Position numbers and translations under genes: made by a program. A stretch of 58,517 bases of DNA from Acidimicrobiia bacterium. Its GTDB lineage: Bacteria > Actinomycetota > Acidimicrobiia > Spongiisociales > UBA5794. The stretch covers positions 1 through 58,517 of the forward strand of contig JABDJC010000083.1 of the NCBI GenBank assembly GCA_013003395.1. Direction: 5' to 3'. Shown here one piece after another: positions 1 through 8,899 of this stretch. The notes beneath the pieces are model-generated. The model was not told the DNA's origin. It searched no databases and saw nothing but the letters and a program-made list of their open reading frames with translations. Numbering within the stretch: position 1 is the stretch's first letter; every line of letters begins with the position of its first letter.

Positions 1-155
1 GCGGCGACAACCACCCCAACAACCTCACCCTGCTGTGCTGGTTCCACCACCACATCGTCATCCACCGCAACGGCTACACCATCAACCCGAACACACCACC
101 AGGACGACGACGATTCATACGGCCCAAGTCATCACCCCGATCACCACCTGTCTAG
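1..155 (+). CDS. HNH endonuclease, C-terminal fragment (gene runs off the left edge)
   Basis: Frame 3 reads GDNHPNNLTLLCWFHHHIVIHRNGYTINP... to TAG at 153-155. NLxLLCxxHH is the HNH core of actinobacterial DUF222/HNH proteins, and the fragment is paralogous to the C-terminus of the gene at 52464-53632. It is absent from the ORF track because it has no start inside the window. Confidence 0.7.
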   Translation, partial: GDNHPNNLTLLCWFHHHIVIHRNGYTINPNTPPGRRRFIRPKSSPRSPPV

Positions 156-166
156 GCCCTGACGGA

Positions 167-589
167 TCAGACCGCACCCGGAGCGCAACCGGTGGTGACG
201 GTGAGCCCGACCTCGAACTCGACGCCGTCACCGACAGTGAACCGTTGCCAACGCTCCTCGATCCCGCGCGTTCGATCGACGCGCGTTGGTTCTCGGCGAA
301 CTGCGAGGCAGCGACCGCCAGCGGTGTTCCCAAGAGGTACTGCCACAGGAAGTCAGCGGGCGGCGAAACTCGAGCGACAACGACTCGGATCGGACGTCAA
401 TCTTGGAGAACCGGCTCGGTCGAGTAGCCCGCGTAGCTCGGTCGGGTCGTGGAGACTGAACACGGCGTTCACGAAGGATGCAGCGTCGGTTCCGATGCGA
501 GCCGCCAAGACGTCCCGGAGATCGACGATCAGCGGCGGAGTCGGGCCTGGTATGCCGATCGAGATCCTCCCATTGGGTGTCAACACCAC
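167..589 (-). pseudogene. Decayed remnant of a class I SAM-methyltransferase C-terminal half (at least 3 frameshifts, N-terminus missing)
   Basis: Joining minus-strand pieces from three frames gives a continuous protein-like reading: VLTPNGRISIGIPG...FSLHDPTELRGLLDRAG / FSKIDVRSESLSLEF / PADFLWQYLLGTPLAVAASQFAENQRASIERAG / IEERWQRFTVGDGVEFEVGLTVTTG, ending at a stop at 167-169. Apparent frame switches lie near 405-412, 355-362 and 260-268. There is no methyltransferase N-terminal SAM motif upstream, because ridA occupies that space. Confidence 0.35.
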
Positions 590-596
590 AAGATCG

Positions 597-1010
597 TCAG
601 ACGGCAGCCTCCATCTCGATCTCGACGAGCAGACCTGGCACTGCGAGCTCGTTCACGCCGAGCAGGGTTTGCGGCGGCATGACGCCGGCGCCACCGATCC
701 ACTGGGCGTAGACGTCGTAGTGCTCCAGGAATTGCGCAACGCTGGTCGTCAAGAAGCGGAGGCTGACGATGTCGGAGCGTCCCATTCCTGCGCCATCCAA
801 CAATCCGTCGAGGGCTTCCAAAGCAGCACCGATCTGGCCGCGCATGTCGCCTTCGTGGCCAACGGCGACGCCCATCTCACTGTCCGGATCGGCGACAAGA
901 TCAACCTGGCCCGAGCAGCGGAGGTGGCGACTGGCTCCCTCGGTCACCTCTGCCTGATTCATGAGGAATTCCTTGCCCCAATCCACGGGGTTGACGGCTG
1001 TTCGCTCCAC
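597..1010 (-). CDS. RidA/YjgF family reactive-intermediate deaminase
   Basis: 137-aa ORF with a YjgF-like pattern (SGQVDL..., C-terminal VPGLLVEIEMEA). GTG start at 1010 preceded by GAGGAGG 5 nt upstream. Confidence 0.85.
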   Translation of the reverse strand: MERTAVNPVDWGKEFLMNQAEVTEGASRHLRCSGQVDLVADPDSEMGVAVGHEGDMRGQIGAALEALDGLLDGAGMGRSDIVSLRFLTTSVAQFLEHYDVYAQWIGGAGVMPPQTLLGVNELAVPGLLVEIEMEAAV

Positions 1011-1114
1011 AGTTGCCTCCTCAGGTGTCGTTCCGCAACGCTACGCGCGGCGATGTCGACACGATGTCGCAGCGAAGACTCGGGATTTCGAGCAAGTCAG
1101 CCACCCCAGACGCG

Positions 1115-1144
1115 CAGAAACCCCCACTTCCGCAGGGGTTTCTG
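1115..1144 (-). terminator. Stem-loop just 3' of tRNA-Glu (10-bp stem, 10-nt loop)
   Basis: CAGAAACCCC (1115-1124) pairs with GGGGTTTCTG (1135-1144). It lies immediately downstream of the tRNA-Glu 3' end on the minus strand. There is no clear U-tract. Confidence 0.5.
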
Positions 1145-1147
1145 ACT

Positions 1148-1223
1148 TGGTAGCCCCGACCGGATTCGAACCGGCGTTACCGCCTTGAGAGGGCGGCGTC
1201 CTAGGCCACTAGACGACGGGGCC
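1148..1223 (-). tRNA. tRNA-Glu (anticodon CTC), CCA encoded
   Basis: The reverse complement GGCCCCGTCGTCTAGTGGCCTAGGACGCCGCCCTCTCAAGGCGGTAACGCCGGTTCGAATCCGGTCGGGGCTACCA folds as a cloverleaf. The anticodon loop CTCTCAA is flanked by a CCGCC/GGCGG stem, and there is a TTCGAAT T-loop. Confidence 0.93.
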
Positions 1224-1248
1224 AGGACACGGCGTGATAGTACGCCGT

Positions 1249-1323
1249 TGGCTCGGGGGGGAGGACTCGAACCCCCAATGACGGGACCAGAACCCGGCGT
1301 GTTGCCAATTACACCACCCCCGA
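1249..1323 (-). tRNA. tRNA-Gln (anticodon CTG), CCA encoded
   Basis: The reverse complement TCGGGGGTGGTGTAATTGGCAACACGCCGGGTTCTGGTCCCGTCATTGGGGGTTCGAGTCCTCCCCCCCGAGCCA has a U1:A72 pair and G73 discriminator typical of tRNA-Gln. The anticodon loop is TTCTGGT and the T-loop is TTCGAGT. Confidence 0.9.
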
Positions 1324-1338
1324 ATGAGGCAGAACGGG

Positions 1339-1367
1339 AGAATACGAAAGACGGCCGAGAAAGGCAA
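1339..1367 (-). promoter_or_regulatory. Candidate promoter for the tRNA-Gln/tRNA-Glu pair
   Basis: On the minus strand, TTGCCT (1362-1367), a 17-nt spacer and TATTCT (1339-1344), ending 15 nt upstream of the tRNA-Gln 5' end. The region is locally AT-enriched. Confidence 0.35.
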
Positions 1368-1389
1368 TCTCACCGGTATCGTCTCGCCA

Positions 1390-2688
1390 ATGCGCTTCGC
1401 TGCCGTCCTCCTCCTCATCGCCGCCGCGTGCTCCGCAACGCCAACTCCGGATAGCGATGAACCCCCTGACACCACCCTCCCACCGACTACCACACCGCCC
1501 GTTTCCCAAACTGAGGTGACCCCCGACGCCTCATCACCGCTCGGAGCTGACGGGAATCACCGTGCCACCGTGACCGCCACCGCCAGCACGTGGGACGTCA
1601 CGTCACTCGAACTCAGCGACTCTCCCATCAGCCGCATCGCTTCGATCGACGTCGACGGCGAGGTGATCGTCGCGGTTAGAGACACCGCCGGTCGCACCCA
1701 GCTCGTTCCCCTCGACGATCCAGCGACGGCAACCGACCTCGGTGTGACCTCAGGGCCGCTCCGGCTAGGCACCGGCACCGACGGGCCGGCGGTGATCGCC
1801 TTCCCGGCCGATCTCAGCCAACTGTCCGAGCCAGCATTGCTGAGCGACGGTTCGTGGGTGTACATCGCGGCCAACGGCGCCGTCGTGTTGTGGAACGGAT
1901 CACAAGTCGCCAGAACCGAATCGAACGCGTTGCCAGATGGTCGAGTCCTCGTCGACGAACAAGACCGGATCCTCGTGCTCGTCGACCCGTCCGAACGTTA
2001 CGCCCACGGCATCCTGGGCGACGATGCTGAAGCCATCGGCTGGATGATCCTCGACACGCCAAGCCTCACCGAGATTGGCTCTGGCCAAGCGATCGAACCG
2101 GCGGTCTTCGAGCTTCGCTATCCGATGTGGGTGGACCTCGACGGCGACGGCACCCGTGAGATCTTGCTCACAGAAAGCGGCCCTGGCGTTGGAGCTCGCT
2201 TGGTCGTCCATGACGAGTCCGGCCGCGAGATCGCCGCCAGTCCACCGATCGGCACCGGGAACCGCTGGCGCCACGCCTTCGCCGCCGGACCTGCGGGCCC
2301 TGACGGAACAGCGGAGATCATCGAAGTCGTGACACCCCATCTCTCCGGACTCCTGACGGCCTGGACGTTCGACCCCAACAATCCAGAACTGACTCAGAGA
2401 GCGGTCACACCCGGGTTCACGTCGCACGCGATCGGTTCCCGGGTTCTCGACGGTGCAGCCGCGGTCGACCTCGACGGGAACGGGTCCGACGATGTTGCCC
2501 TGCTGCGAGTGTCACGGACGGAGTTGGTGACTCTCACACGCGAGGCGGAAGGCTTCGTGGTCAACCAAGAGTTCGCACTCCCGTCGGCGGCAACTTCGAA
2601 CCTGCTGGTGCTGTCCACGACGGGTGGTCCGCTGCTGCTGATCGGAACGAGGAACGGAGAACTGGCGCTGATTCAAGGCAGCCGGTGA
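1390..2688 (+). CDS. Putative lipoprotein with FG-GAP/VCBS-like repeats
   Basis: MRFAAVLLLIAAAC signal/lipobox-like N-terminus followed by a Pro/Thr-rich linker. Two DLDGDGxxE / DLDGNGSDD calcium-binding-type FG-GAP motifs. Start chosen at the internal ATG to avoid the tRNA overlap. Confidence 0.6.
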   Translation: MRFAAVLLLIAAACSATPTPDSDEPPDTTLPPTTTPPVSQTEVTPDASSPLGADGNHRATVTATASTWDVTSLELSDSPISRIASIDVDGEVIVAVRDTAGRTQLVPLDDPATATDLGVTSGPLRLGTGTDGPAVIAFPADLSQLSEPALLSDGSWVYIAANGAVVLWNGSQVARTESNALPDGRVLVDEQDRILVLVDPSERYAHGILGDDAEAIGWMILDTPSLTEIGSGQAIEPAVFELRYPMWVDLDGDGTREILLTESGPGVGARLVVHDESGREIAASPPIGTGNRWRHAFAAGPAGPDGTAEIIEVVTPHLSGLLTAWTFDPNNPELTQRAVTPGFTSHAIGSRVLDGAAAVDLDGNGSDDVALLRVSRTELVTLTREAEGFVVNQEFALPSAATSNLLVLSTTGGPLLLIGTRNGELALIQGSR

Positions 2689-2692
2689 GGCT

Positions 2693-4150
2693 TCAGAGTC
2701 TGGCGAACACGTCCCGGAGACGAGCCAAGGTGCGTGGCTGACCGAGAGCCTCCATCGACTCGAACAGTGGCGGACTCACCGAAGACCCTGACACTGCCAC
2801 CCGCAGCGGCTGCAGACCCTTGCGGGCATTCAGACCATGTTCGTCGAGCATCGCTCGCAACGTCTCTTCGATCGCGACGGTGGTCCACTCCCCCAGTTCG
2901 GCCAACCGGCTCGCTGCTGCGTCGACCGCAACCCGCGCCTCAGGCTTGGTCATGACCTTGGACCACGAACCCTCGTCGTAGGAGAGATCGTGGACGAACA
3001 GGAATCGAACCTGGTCGGCCACCTCGGTCAGCAGCTTTGCGCGCTCTTGCACCAGCGGCGCGACCGCAGCAAACATGTCACGCTCATCGCGAGAGAGATC
3101 CCGACCCAGGTCGGCCTCGACGAGCGGCGCGGTCATGCCAACGAAGTCCGCGGCGGACAACTCCCGGATGTACACGCCATTGAGCCATTGCAGCTTGTCG
3201 ACATCGAAGATCGCCGGGTTCTTCTGCACATCTGCGAGATCGAACCGACGCACCATCTCGTCGAGCGAAACCACGGTCTCGTCTTCGCCGGGCGACCATC
3301 CGAGCAGCGCCAGATAGTTGACCAGTGCCTCCGGAAGGTACCCGGACTCTCGGTAATGCTTCAGCGAGGTGTCGCCGTGTCGTTTGGACAGCTTCTTGCC
3401 ATCTGGACCCAGGAGCAGCGAGAGGTGGGCGTACTCGATGTCGAAATCCTTGCCCTCGAGAGCTGCCACCGCCCGACCCAACAGGATGTGCTTCGGCGTC
3501 GACGACAAGATGTCTTCTCCTCGCACCACGTGCGTGATCTCGAAGTCGACATCGTCCACCGAACTCGCCAGGTGGTAGGTGGGAAAGCCGTTCGACCGTG
3601 CAATCACGAAGTCGTCGACGTGGTCGTGCCCGAATCGCACCTCGCCACGCACGATGTCTTCGAAGACGGTCTCGCCGGGACGAGGAATCGCCAATCGAAT
3701 CGAATGCTTTTCTCCGTCAGCGATCCGAGCCGCCACTTCGGCGGTATCGAGCGTCCGGCATCGGCCGTCATAGCCAGGAGGCTTGCCTGCGGCCGTCGCG
3801 GCTTTGCGGCGCTCGTCCAACTCCTCGGCCGTGCAGAAACACGGGTAGGCGTCGCCGGCCGCGACCAACGCCTCGGACACTTCGCGATACCGATCGAGTC
3901 GCAGGCTCTGACGGTACGGCCCGTGTGGGCCACCGACCTCGATGCCTTCATCCCAATCCAGCCCCATCCAGCGGAGTCCTTCGATGATGTCGTCGTAGAA
4001 CTCGTGGCTGCCACGCGCCTGGTCGGTGTCGTCCGAGCGCAGAATCATCTCACCGCCGGCGTTGCGCACGGCCAGCCAGTTGTAGAGGCCTGTGCGGATG
4101 TTGCCGATGTGCAGGTAGCCCGTTGGCGACGGAGCGAAACGAACCCTCAC
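2693..4150 (-). CDS. gltX: Glutamate--tRNA ligase
   Basis: VRVRFAPSPTGYLHIGN (HIGH motif), a KLSKR (KMSKS-type) motif and full-length class I GluRS similarity. GTG start at 4150 overlaps the upstream FAH stop (GTGA). The longer ORF-track N-terminus lies inside the FAH gene. Confidence 0.93.
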   Translation of the reverse strand: MRVRFAPSPTGYLHIGNIRTGLYNWLAVRNAGGEMILRSDDTDQARGSHEFYDDIIEGLRWMGLDWDEGIEVGGPHGPYRQSLRLDRYREVSEALVAAGDAYPCFCTAEELDERRKAATAAGKPPGYDGRCRTLDTAEVAARIADGEKHSIRLAIPRPGETVFEDIVRGEVRFGHDHVDDFVIARSNGFPTYHLASSVDDVDFEITHVVRGEDILSSTPKHILLGRAVAALEGKDFDIEYAHLSLLLGPDGKKLSKRHGDTSLKHYRESGYLPEALVNYLALLGWSPGEDETVVSLDEMVRRFDLADVQKNPAIFDVDKLQWLNGVYIRELSAADFVGMTAPLVEADLGRDLSRDERDMFAAVAPLVQERAKLLTEVADQVRFLFVHDLSYDEGSWSKVMTKPEARVAVDAAASRLAELGEWTTVAIEETLRAMLDEHGLNARKGLQPLRVAVSGSSVSPPLFESMEALGQPRTLARLRDVFARL

Positions 4151-4908
4151 CCGATCACCGGGTTCACGAGGATCCCAACGCCTTCGACCTCTACCTCGAC
4201 ACGATCGCCGGCTTCGATCGGACCGATGCCAGAAGGCGTCCCAGTGAGAATCACGTCTCCGGGGAGCAGCGTCATGATCGAGCTGATGAACGACACGAGC
4301 GTTCCGATGCCGAAGACCATGTCGTTGGTGGACCCGGTCTGACGAATCTCGCCGTTGACGCGGCAGATGATCGAAAGACCTTCGTTCGGGTCGAGATCGG
4401 TGTCGATCGCCGGACCGAGCGGACAAAACGTGTCGAAGGTCTTGGCTCGACCAAATCGATCACCCGGTACTTGCAGGTCGCGTGCCGTGACGTCGTTGGC
4501 CGCGGTATATCCGAGAATGTATGGACCGACGTCCTCGATGTCGACGTTGCGGGTCACCTTGCCGATTACTACCGCGAGCTCAGCTTCGTGATCGACCCGA
4601 TTCGACTCAGCGGGCAGCCGGATCGCTTGTAGCGGTCCGATCACCGTCGTCGGCGGTTTCACAAAGATCACGGGTTGGTCGGGAACGGTGCCGCCAACCT
4701 CTGCGGCGTGCTCGACGTAATTCTTGGCCACCGCAACGATCTTGGTCGGGATGACGGGTGCCAGCAGGCGAGCTTCAGTCCAGTCGACCACCGTTTCCGT
4801 CGGCTCCCACGCAACAAACGGGGTGCCACGATACAAACGGATTCCTTCTGGCTCGACCACCCCGTAGGTGATGTCATCGACCTCAGAGTCGACGCGAACG
4901 ATCTTCAT
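4147..4908 (-). CDS. Fumarylacetoacetate hydrolase (FAH) family protein
   Basis: 253 aa, with a C-terminal FAH-fold pattern (HEAELAVVIGK..., GDxxxTGTPSGIG). FAH-gltX adjacency is as I recall it in mycobacteria. Confidence 0.85.
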   Translation of the reverse strand: MKIVRVDSEVDDITYGVVEPEGIRLYRGTPFVAWEPTETVVDWTEARLLAPVIPTKIVAVAKNYVEHAAEVGGTVPDQPVIFVKPPTTVIGPLQAIRLPAESNRVDHEAELAVVIGKVTRNVDIEDVGPYILGYTAANDVTARDLQVPGDRFGRAKTFDTFCPLGPAIDTDLDPNEGLSIICRVNGEIRQTGSTNDMVFGIGTLVSFISSIMTLLPGDVILTGTPSGIGPIEAGDRVEVEVEGVGILVNPVIG

Positions 4909-4918
4909 GACCGAATCC

Positions 4919-5437
4919 TCACAGTGCGATCAGGTTGTCGCCGCCGGCCATCATGGCGGCAACCTCTTGCGGCGAGGTGCGCAGCACTGCCACGTCGACG
5001 GCACCGACGAGCTCGTACAACTTCTTCGAGTCGTGAGCGACGTTGGCCACCCAATGCGGCCTCCGTTCGGCGAGTCCCTCTCGGATGTGTGAAGCCATGG
5101 AATCATCAAAACCGAGCAGCGTCATGGCCACTCGAACATCCTCACCCGTCGGCGCTCTACCTACGGCAGACGCCCGAGCACCCGCCAAAGAAGCAAGTGC
5201 CATGACTGCGTCTGCCCGGCTTTCGCCAGGTGCCAGCTCCAACTCCTCCTCCCGGAGAAGCTTCAGCACGTAACCGGTGTCAGGGCCTGGGGTGCCGAAC
5301 ATGCCTCCCCAAGGGACCTCCTCGGGGGAACCGAGCTCCCCGGGACGTCTCGGAGACCACCGTCGGGCCGCCGCGGGTGCTGCAACTGGCCGAGGCAAGT
5401 CGCCCATCTCCAACTGAATGTTCGGTTCCTGGCCCAT
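4919..5437 (-). CDS. Hypothetical protein
   Basis: ORF in a GC3-rich frame. ATG at 5437 with GGAGAG 5 nt upstream, 13 nt after the ilvE stop. No family recognised. Confidence 0.55.
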   Translation of the reverse strand: MGQEPNIQLEMGDLPRPVAAPAAARRWSPRRPGELGSPEEVPWGGMFGTPGPDTGYVLKLLREEELELAPGESRADAVMALASLAGARASAVGRAPTGEDVRVAMTLLGFDDSMASHIREGLAERRPHWVANVAHDSKKLYELVGAVDVAVLRTSPQEVAAMMAGGDNLIAL

Positions 5438-5450
5438 TACGTCTCTCCGC

Positions 5451-6362
5451 TCAGATGTGATCGAGCCACTCGGGGTGCAACCCGAGCGAACCGTCGACGG
5501 TGCCATGGAACAATTCTTGGGCCCGCTTTGTCACGGGGCCAGGCCTACCGATCCCGACCATCCGATCGTCGACTTCCCGCACCGGGGTCACCTCGGCCGC
5601 GGTTCCCGTGAGGAACAACTCGTCGCAGTAGTAGAGATCAGAGCGAGACAACGTCTTCTCCGTAACCGAATAGCCATCCTCTTGCAGGAGACGCATCACC
5701 GAGTCGCGAGTGATGCCGTCGAGGCAACCGGCGGAAATCGGCGGTGTGTAGACCTTGTTGTCACGCACGAGGAAGATGTTCTCTCCGCTGCCTTCTGAGA
5801 TCCGGCCATCCTGGTTGAGCATGATCGCTTCGTCGTAGCCGTTCTTCACGGCTTCCATCTTGGCGAGGATGCTGTTGATGTAGGTCCCAGTCGCCTTGGC
5901 ATTGGGGAAGGCGTCTGTGCTGAACCTGCGCCAGGACGACACCTTCGTCCGTATGCCGTTGGCAACGCCGTCCTCGCCGAGATACGCACCCCAGTACCAC
6001 GAGATGATCGCGACGCGAGTGCGGGCATTCGTCGGATTCAGGCCGATGGCTCCCAGCTCGAGAAACGCAATCGGTCGGACGTAGCCGGACTTCAACTCGT
6101 TGGCGGAGAGCAGCTCCTTGGTCGCCTTCGACATGTCGGCGGCCGAATAGGCCATGTCCATGTCATACGCACGAGCCGACCGTACGAGACGGTCCATGTG
6201 CTCGTCGAGGCGGAATACCGCAGTGCCTTGGTTCGTCTCATAGGCACGAATGCCCTCGAATACGCCGGTGCCGTAGTGAAGAGCGTGACTGAGGACGTGG
6301 ACGTTCGCGTCCTCCCAGGGCACCATTTCGCCGTCCAACCAGATGTATTTTGTCGGATCCAT
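5451..6362 (-). CDS. ilvE: Branched-chain amino acid aminotransferase (class IV)
   Basis: 303 aa. The N-terminus IWLDGEMVPWEDANVHVLSHALHYGTGVFEGIRAY is typical of IlvE. Confidence 0.92.
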   Translation of the reverse strand: MDPTKYIWLDGEMVPWEDANVHVLSHALHYGTGVFEGIRAYETNQGTAVFRLDEHMDRLVRSARAYDMDMAYSAADMSKATKELLSANELKSGYVRPIAFLELGAIGLNPTNARTRVAIISWYWGAYLGEDGVANGIRTKVSSWRRFSTDAFPNAKATGTYINSILAKMEAVKNGYDEAIMLNQDGRISEGSGENIFLVRDNKVYTPPISAGCLDGITRDSVMRLLQEDGYSVTEKTLSRSDLYYCDELFLTGTAAEVTPVREVDDRMVGIGRPGPVTKRAQELFHGTVDGSLGLHPEWLDHI

Positions 6363-6428
6363 GGCGCCTATCTTCGCATGATTTCTAGTCCCCTGGGCCG
6401 CGCCGATCCGTCGGTCGAGCTCACCGCG

Positions 6429-8348
6429 TCAGAGATGACGTCCGTGCCACTCGAGGATCGCCTTGAACCGCTCCCGTCGATGCTTCGGAGAGCCGCCACG
6501 CGACATCTCGTGACCTTCGCCGGGGAACCGGAGGAACTCCGTCGTCACCCCATTGGCCATGAGTACGCCAAACAGCTGTTCCCCCTGCTCGATCGGGGTC
6601 CGGTAATCATTCTCTGAGTGAATGATCAACGTGGGCGTGTTGATCCGCGTCGCTTCAGCCAACGGACTCGCCTTCCACACCGCTTCTGCGTCTTCGATGA
6701 GCGACGTTTCGAGATAGCCGTTGGGGAACCACTGCCCGATGTCTGACGATCCCGTGAACGAGGTCCACGAGTACACGCCCCGCTCGGCAACTGCTGATCG
6801 GAACCGTTCGTCGCGGGCCGTCATCCGTGCGGTCATGAAGCCCCCGTACGAGCCCCCCATGATGCCGATGCGATCTCGATCGAGACGGGGAAAGCGCTCG
6901 AGGGCACCATCGAGAGCTGCGGTGACGTCGATCACGTCGGGTGGATCATCGCTCTGCCAGGTTCCGACAACACCCCGCAGATGATCACGACCTGCACCGC
7001 TCGATCCTCGCGGGTTGCAGGCCACCACTCCGTAACCGGCTTCCGTGTACACCTGGAACTCGTCGAAGAAGCCCCAGCCGTATTGAGCCGCTGGTCCGCC
7101 GTGGATGTTCAGCAACGTGGGCACGGGATCCTCACCGTCTGGCAGATACACCCACACGTCGACGTGCCCCCCATCGAACGGGACGGTGAAGTGCTCGGGT
7201 GTGACGAGCGACACCGAGTCGCTGAAGCCGCTGTTCAAATCGGTGATCGCGGTCGATTGGCCGTCTTCGTACCAGTAGACCTCGCCGGGGTTGTCGGTTG
7301 TCGATGCGGCGTACACCATTGCAGACCCGTCCGGACGACTCGTCACTCCGGAGACTGCCTGCTTGGCATCGATCAAGTCTTCGACGGTCCCATCTGGCAA
7401 AAAGCGCGACACGCGAACCGAGCCACGGTCTTCGACGACGCTCACGAACGAGCCGTCTGCCAGCCACTGCGGTCCCGCCGGCGTGATCTTCGGAGCGATG
7501 GGAAACAGGCTGAGGTCGTATGACGGCGTCACGTCTTCCCACTCACCGGACGATCCTCTTCGTTTGAGTGGAGCGAGGTCGGGCCACCCGTCCACCGCGG
7601 GGACCATGGCCACGTGCAAGGTTCCGTCGGGGCTGTATGACGGAGTGGGACCGAAGCACACCTCCGTCATCGCCGTCGGCTCGCCGCCGCTGACGTCGAT
7701 CTCCCAGACTTGGGCCCCCGGATCGAGGCTCTTCGTCGCGTGTTGCGAGCTCACGAACGCGATCGCGTTGCCATCCGGTCGCCACTCGATCTCGCCGACG
7801 TCATACGTGTCGGCGGTGAGCCGTTCGACGGCCTTGGATTCCACATCGAAGAGAAACAAACCGGAGCGCTTGTCATAGAGGTCGCCGAGGCCGTCGAATC
7901 GGGATGGCAGCTCGGTGATGCGCTTTGGCACCCTCGCCCTCTCGTCGTCGTCGAGATCGGCGTATTCAGACCGGTATTCGACTCCGACGACAGCCACTGA
8001 ACGCCCGTCTGGTGCCCACGAGATCTCGGTGACGCCCAACGCGAGTTCGGTGACCACTTCTGCCTCGCCACCGTCGAAGGGCATCAGAGCCAGCTGCGTG
8101 ACGGCACCGTCCTTGTCGTCCTTTCGGACGAACGCCAGGGTCGACCCGTCGGGAGACCAGCGAGGAGAGCCGTCGAAAGGCCCTGTGGTGAAAACGCGCG
8201 AAATCGTGCCGTCCCAGAGGTGTATCTGACGGACGTAGCGATCGCCTTCGAAGTCCATTCGTGTCACCACAAAGGCGACAGCCGTCCCATTCGGATGAAT
8301 CTGCGGGTCGCTCGGAACGGCGTACGAGTCGAGTTCTTCCGGTTTCAT
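6429..8348 (-). CDS. S9 family serine peptidase (prolyl oligopeptidase/acylaminoacyl-peptidase type)
   Basis: N-terminal beta-propeller-like region followed by a C-terminal alpha/beta hydrolase with a GGSYGG nucleophile elbow. ATG at 8348 preceded by AAAGGAG. Confidence 0.88.
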   Translation of the reverse strand: MKPEELDSYAVPSDPQIHPNGTAVAFVVTRMDFEGDRYVRQIHLWDGTISRVFTTGPFDGSPRWSPDGSTLAFVRKDDKDGAVTQLALMPFDGGEAEVVTELALGVTEISWAPDGRSVAVVGVEYRSEYADLDDDERARVPKRITELPSRFDGLGDLYDKRSGLFLFDVESKAVERLTADTYDVGEIEWRPDGNAIAFVSSQHATKSLDPGAQVWEIDVSGGEPTAMTEVCFGPTPSYSPDGTLHVAMVPAVDGWPDLAPLKRRGSSGEWEDVTPSYDLSLFPIAPKITPAGPQWLADGSFVSVVEDRGSVRVSRFLPDGTVEDLIDAKQAVSGVTSRPDGSAMVYAASTTDNPGEVYWYEDGQSTAITDLNSGFSDSVSLVTPEHFTVPFDGGHVDVWVYLPDGEDPVPTLLNIHGGPAAQYGWGFFDEFQVYTEAGYGVVACNPRGSSGAGRDHLRGVVGTWQSDDPPDVIDVTAALDGALERFPRLDRDRIGIMGGSYGGFMTARMTARDERFRSAVAERGVYSWTSFTGSSDIGQWFPNGYLETSLIEDAEAVWKASPLAEATRINTPTLIIHSENDYRTPIEQGEQLFGVLMANGVTTEFLRFPGEGHEMSRGGSPKHRRERFKAILEWHGRHL

Positions 8349-8440
8349 TGGTGGTCTCCTTTGGCGCATCGGAAACGTAGCAGCACATGGCGGTCAACTA
8401 GCCTCCACACCGCATCCATTCGACCCAGGAGAGACCGACC

Positions 8441-8881
8441 ATGCGCCGCTTCATCGCCTCCGGGTTCGGTCTTGGATTGCTTCCTCGACGGCTGCGCGCC
8501 AGCGACGCGGGGGCTGGCACCGTCGGTGCCTTCGGGGCAGCCGGTCTTTCAGCCGTGTTGTGGGCAGCGCCGGTCTGGTTTGAGATCCTGATTGCGGCGG
8601 TGTTCGTGGCGGGATCGGTTTGGGCAACGGCACCGTTCGCGGACGACCCCGGGTGGGTGACGATCGACGAGCAGGCAGGCGTGCTCATCGCCTTCGTGGG
8701 TCTCAGCGGGGTCCCTTGGGTTGTCGCGTTCGTCGTGTTCCGCCTGGCAGACATCTTCAAACAAACACCGGGCGTAGGCGCCGCAGAGCGGCTCCCTGGC
8801 GGGTGGGGAATCACTGGTGACGACGTCGTCGCAGGCTTCTACGGGCTCGCCGCCGGTTGGGCCGTCACGCTCCTGATGTGA
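8441..8881 (+). CDS. pgpA: Phosphatidylglycerophosphatase A
   Basis: 146 aa with FGLGLLPxxxGTxGA... and DExxG / DIxKP-like PgpA motifs. CAGGAGAG RBS upstream. Confidence 0.85.
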   Translation: MRRFIASGFGLGLLPRRLRASDAGAGTVGAFGAAGLSAVLWAAPVWFEILIAAVFVAGSVWATAPFADDPGWVTIDEQAGVLIAFVGLSGVPWVVAFVVFRLADIFKQTPGVGAAERLPGGWGITGDDVVAGFYGLAAGWAVTLLM

Positions 8882-8899
8882 TGGCGCTGCGCGCCAGGC

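Noticed and set aside
2837-4342. 501-aa plus-strand ORF
   Set aside because: Antisense shadow of gltX with no recognisable motifs. The same reasoning applies to 8975-10426 (antisense to the STAND gene), 21926-22852 (antisense to gatB), 27773-28945 (antisense to the ABC ATPase/dapE) and 38983-40140 (antisense to the crotonase/meaB genes).
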